A stretch of 64,000 nucleotides of DNA from Planctomycetota bacterium (GTDB taxonomy: Bacteria > Planctomycetota > UBA1135 > UBA2386), in NCBI GenBank assembly GCA_046290465.1, contig JBKAGP010000001.1:672001-736000 (forward strand), in the 5' to 3' direction. Both the position numbers and the translations under genes were made by a program. Positions 60,719 through 64,000 of the stretch are shown here, piece after piece. The first letter of the stretch is position 1; each line of letters starts with the position of its first letter. The notes beneath the pieces are model-generated. The model was not told the DNA's origin. It was given only the letters and a program-made list of their open reading frames with translations, and did not search any database.

Positions 60719-61621
60719 ATGACGCTGCTCGTAGTTGGATCCACTGCGTTCGACACCATCGAGACCCCGCACGGCAACGCCGAGCGCTGTCTGGGTGGTT
60801 CGTCGACGTACTTCGGACTCGCCGCCCGCCTGTTCACGCCCGTTCGCCTGGTCAGCGTGATCGGCGAGGACTTCCCCGACGAGCACCGCAAGCTGCTGGC
60901 GGATCGCGGCATCTGCCTCGACGGCCTCGAGGTCAAGGAAGGCAAGACGTTCGCCTGGCACGGCCGCTACTCGGCCGACATGAACGACCGCGAGACCATC
61001 GACGTGCAGCTCAACACGTTCGGGGACTTCGAGCCGAAGGTGCCCGAGCACTACCGCGATACCCCGTTCGTGTTCCTCGCCAACGGCGCGCCGGCGACCC
61101 AGCTGTCGGTCGTCGAACAGATGAAGGACCCGAAGTTCGTCGTGGCCGACACGATGGACCTGTGGATCGACATCGCCAAGGACGGCCTGCTGACGCTGCT
61201 GAAGCGCATCGACGGCATCATCCTGAACGACAGCGAGGTCAAGCAGCTGACCGGCAAGAGCAACCTGATCGCCGCCGGCAAGGCGACGCTCGAGCTCGGC
61301 CCGAAGCTGGTGATCGTCAAGAAGGGCGAGCACGGCTGCTTCGTGTTCTCGAACTTCTTCCACTACGCGCTGCCGGCCTACCCGACCGAGACGGTGGTGG
61401 ACCCGACCGGCGCCGGCGACAGCTTCGCCGGTGGCTTCATGGGCTTCCTCGCGAACTGCGACCAGATCTCGCTGGCCAACATGCAGCGCGCGGTCGCCTA
61501 CGGCACGGTCACCGCTAGCCTCAACGTCGAGGGCTTCGGCGTCGACCGCCTCGCCGACACCAGCCGCGAAACGGTCGAGCGCCGCTTCCGCGAGCTGATG
61601 CAGTTCGTCAGCGGCGTCTGA
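60719..61621 (+). CDS. PfkB family carbohydrate kinase
   Basis: VGSTAFDTIETP, GGS, KKGEHG and DPTGAGDSFAGG. Confidence 0.92.
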   Translation: MTLLVVGSTAFDTIETPHGNAERCLGGSSTYFGLAARLFTPVRLVSVIGEDFPDEHRKLLADRGICLDGLEVKEGKTFAWHGRYSADMNDRETIDVQLNTFGDFEPKVPEHYRDTPFVFLANGAPATQLSVVEQMKDPKFVVADTMDLWIDIAKDGLLTLLKRIDGIILNDSEVKQLTGKSNLIAAGKATLELGPKLVIVKKGEHGCFVFSNFFHYALPAYPTETVVDPTGAGDSFAGGFMGFLANCDQISLANMQRAVAYGTVTASLNVEGFGVDRLADTSRETVERRFRELMQFVSGV

Positions 61622-61624
61622 TCG

Positions 61625-61664
61625 CCGCGGGTCGTCTGACCGCTGGTCGTCTGACCGCGGGTCG
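61625..61664. repeat. 15-bp tandem repeat x2.7 (CCGC(G/T)GGTCGTCTGA)
   Basis: Seen directly. Its CGTCTGA matches the pfkB gene end. Confidence 0.8.
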
Positions 61665-61741
61665 GCGGCCGGCCGGAGCCTTCGAGGCAAGGGCTCTACG
61701 GCTGCTCATTGGCCGGCTTTCGCCCAGCTCGGGGCCAGCCG

Positions 61742-63298
61742 CTACTGCAGCTGGACCAGCACCGGCGCGCTCAGCTCGAAGCCGCCGGGCTGCAGGCCGA
61801 CGCCCTGCACCATCAGCGTGAAGCCGGCGAAGCCGCCCGGGTTGGGGTTGGGCACCGTCACCGACGTGTAGCCGAACGCGTCGGTCAGGCCGAGGCCGAG
61901 CGACACCGGCGTCGTGGTCAGGAACAGGTCGGGCCAGCTGTTGGCGTCCCAGCCCAGCGGCACCAGGCCGATGTCGAACGACGGCGCGAACGTCGCCGGC
62001 GACTGCGGGCCGACGTCGACCAGCGCGAACACCGCCTGGTTGGGCAGGCCGTGGAAGTCGACGGTGAAGTCCGGCTGCGTGACCGCGTCGGGCAGGCGGC
62101 CGAAGCCCGCGACGTCGGCGGTCAGCGGCTGCTGCGGCAGGTCGATCAGCGTCATCGCCAGCAGCGTCGGCTGGAAGTTCGCGACGTCGAGCTGCACGCC
62201 GAGCCAGCTGCCGTCGGCCGGCACACCGGGGGTCAGGCTGCCGCACAGCACGCCGGTGCCGGGGCCGCCGAACGCGTTGATCTCGAGCACGTCGCCGTTG
62301 TTGGCCGTGGTGAAGATCGTGCCGCCGTACGAGCCGGCGTTGCTGCAGAACGCGAGGTTCGGCTCCGGCGGGTAGGCGCCGGTGGCGTCGGGGAACATCG
62401 GCACGAACGTGCCGCCGTTCGGGTCGAGGCCGAGGCCGCCGGTCTTGCCGTAGATGCCCGCGGTCAGGATCGGCTGGCCGGTGCGGTCGTAGGCGAACGC
62501 GTTGTCGACGACCTGGCGAACGGTCAGGTTGCCGCCGGGCGCGCCACCGACCTCGTTGAGCAGGCAGCGCGCCGAATCGGGCGCCAGGCTCAGCACGTCG
62601 CCGTTGGCGTCGTAGGTGATGTTGGCCGCGTCGATCTTGCAGATCGCGCCGTCGTAGACGAACACCTGGCCGGACTGGTTGCCGTTGACCCAGTGGCCGC
62701 CGTCGCCCGGCACGTAGTAGAGGTCGCCGTTCGCAGCCTGCACCAGCGCCGTCGCCGACGGCACGTCGTTGTTGACCTGCGCGCCGGCGGCGATCGCCAG
62801 CTGGGCCTGGGTCAGGAAGAACGTGACGTTGCCGTTGGGCTCGAAGCGCACCCAGTCGCCCTCGGCGAGCACGACCGGCTGGCCGTTGTTGTCGAGCGCC
62901 TCCATCGGCGTGGTGGCGGCGTCGAGTCGCGGCGTCCAGTAGACGTCGCGCCAGCTCGGCGCGGTGGTGCCGTACTTCACGAACACGCCGTCGATGCCGA
63001 CGTTGGTGAAGTAGGACGGCTTCCAGCCGTCGAACTTGAGGTAGTCGCCGTTCTGGTCGCCGTCGCCGAGGTAGGCGTGCATCGAGTTGGCGCCCAGCAT
63101 CGTGCGGCCGACCGTCTGTCCGGGCAGCGGCACCGCGTAGCTGAAGTCGAACTCGCTCATCTGCACGATCGAACCGCCGTTGTTGGCGGCGTCGACGCTG
63201 ACGAACGGAAAGCGGCCGGTGAACAGGATGGCCTGTTGGGCCGAGGCGAGGGAGGCCGTCGTGGCGAGACAGACGGCGAGCAGCAGAGGCTTCTTCAT
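61742..63298 (-). CDS. secreted hypothetical beta-rich protein
   Basis: Signal peptide MKKPLLLAVCLA...ASA, AAGGAG upstream, 518 aa. Confidence 0.82.
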   Translation of the reverse strand: MKKPLLLAVCLATTASLASAQQAILFTGRFPFVSVDAANNGGSIVQMSEFDFSYAVPLPGQTVGRTMLGANSMHAYLGDGDQNGDYLKFDGWKPSYFTNVGIDGVFVKYGTTAPSWRDVYWTPRLDAATTPMEALDNNGQPVVLAEGDWVRFEPNGNVTFFLTQAQLAIAAGAQVNNDVPSATALVQAANGDLYYVPGDGGHWVNGNQSGQVFVYDGAICKIDAANITYDANGDVLSLAPDSARCLLNEVGGAPGGNLTVRQVVDNAFAYDRTGQPILTAGIYGKTGGLGLDPNGGTFVPMFPDATGAYPPEPNLAFCSNAGSYGGTIFTTANNGDVLEINAFGGPGTGVLCGSLTPGVPADGSWLGVQLDVANFQPTLLAMTLIDLPQQPLTADVAGFGRLPDAVTQPDFTVDFHGLPNQAVFALVDVGPQSPATFAPSFDIGLVPLGWDANSWPDLFLTTTPVSLGLGLTDAFGYTSVTVPNPNPGGFAGFTLMVQGVGLQPGGFELSAPVLVQLQ

Positions 63299-63380
63299 CG
63301 GTGTGGGGGGGGTCTCCTTGAGACGACGACCTTACCAGCCCGCCTGCCGTTGCGAGCCTGCGCTCGCTATCGTGATCAAC

Positions 63381-64000
63381 ATGGTACGCGTTCTCGCCAC
63401 CCTGCTGCTCGCGCCGGTGCTCGCCGCCCAGGCGCCCTCCTCGGACGTCGCCGTCGGCGTCTTCCCGTTCCTGGTCGGCGACATGACGCCACGGATTGCC
63501 GAAATCGTGACCAACTGCCAGACCCACGGCGTCGACACGGTCTACGTCAGCGTGTTCCGCGCGACCGGGCCGACCGACGGCGACCTCTGGATCACCGACA
63601 GCGCCGGCGACTGGAATCCGCTGTGGGGGGACGTTCGCAGCACCGGTGCGGGCATCGACCTGCCGCTGCTGATCGCGAACTGCCACGCCGCCAACATCCG
63701 CGTCGTCGGGGTGCTCAAGTGCTTCGCCGACACCGTGCAGCCGAGCAACGCGGCGCACCGGCAGTACCTGCTCGACGTGGTCGACTACCTGGTCGACGCG
63801 TGGCAGCCCAACGGCCAGCCGGTCTACGACCTCGACGGCCTCGCGCTCGACTACGTGCGCTACGTCGGCAGCAGCGGGGCGGTGGCGCAGGACGTCACCG
63901 GCTTCGTCGCCGACGTGCGCGAGCGCGTCGGCAGCCTGTCGCTGCACGCCTACCTGATCGCCAACCGGTCGGCGTTCGACGGCCCGGTCTACAACACCAA
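63381..64000 (+). CDS. secreted GHL10-like glycoside hydrolase (TIM barrel), 3'-partial
   Basis: Not in the ORF track because it has no stop in the window. MVRVLATLLLAPVLAAQ...GVDTVYV...CHAANIRV...YDLDGLALDYVRY. Confidence 0.7.
   Translation, partial: MVRVLATLLLAPVLAAQAPSSDVAVGVFPFLVGDMTPRIAEIVTNCQTHGVDTVYVSVFRATGPTDGDLWITDSAGDWNPLWGDVRSTGAGIDLPLLIANCHAANIRVVGVLKCFADTVQPSNAAHRQYLLDVVDYLVDAWQPNGQPVYDLDGLALDYVRYVGSSGAVAQDVTGFVADVRERVGSLSLHAYLIANRSAFDGPVYNT

Overview
Gene-dense, very GC-rich bacterial chromosome segment of about 47 CDS. Its content (DUF1080, double-length UvrA, exported HEAT-repeat proteins, ECF sigma/anti-sigma) suggests a Planctomycetota-like organism; this is an inference. 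No rRNA, tRNA, CRISPR or mobile element was recognised. It carries housekeeping genes (dacB, thiE, thiL, tsaE, cca, rseP, dxr, purM), an arsR-arsC/gapdh/arsJ arsenate operon and a uvrA-XPB-XPB-partner operon. The best finding is a four-gene operon at 13815-16726: DsrE, TusA-OsmC, a MetE-like (methionine synthase II family) enzyme and a Cys-rich TusA. The MetE-like gene has an in-frame TGA (15606-15608) followed directly by a bacterial SECIS-like hairpin, so it is probably a selenoenzyme within a sulfur/selenium relay. Separately, the double-length uvrA has a single in-frame TAG (19258-19260). Other observations are a multi-hairpin leader before a porin gene, sigma54-type promoters before two tandem HEAT paralogs, a shared C-terminal domain on three proteins and tandem repeats that copy stop codons.
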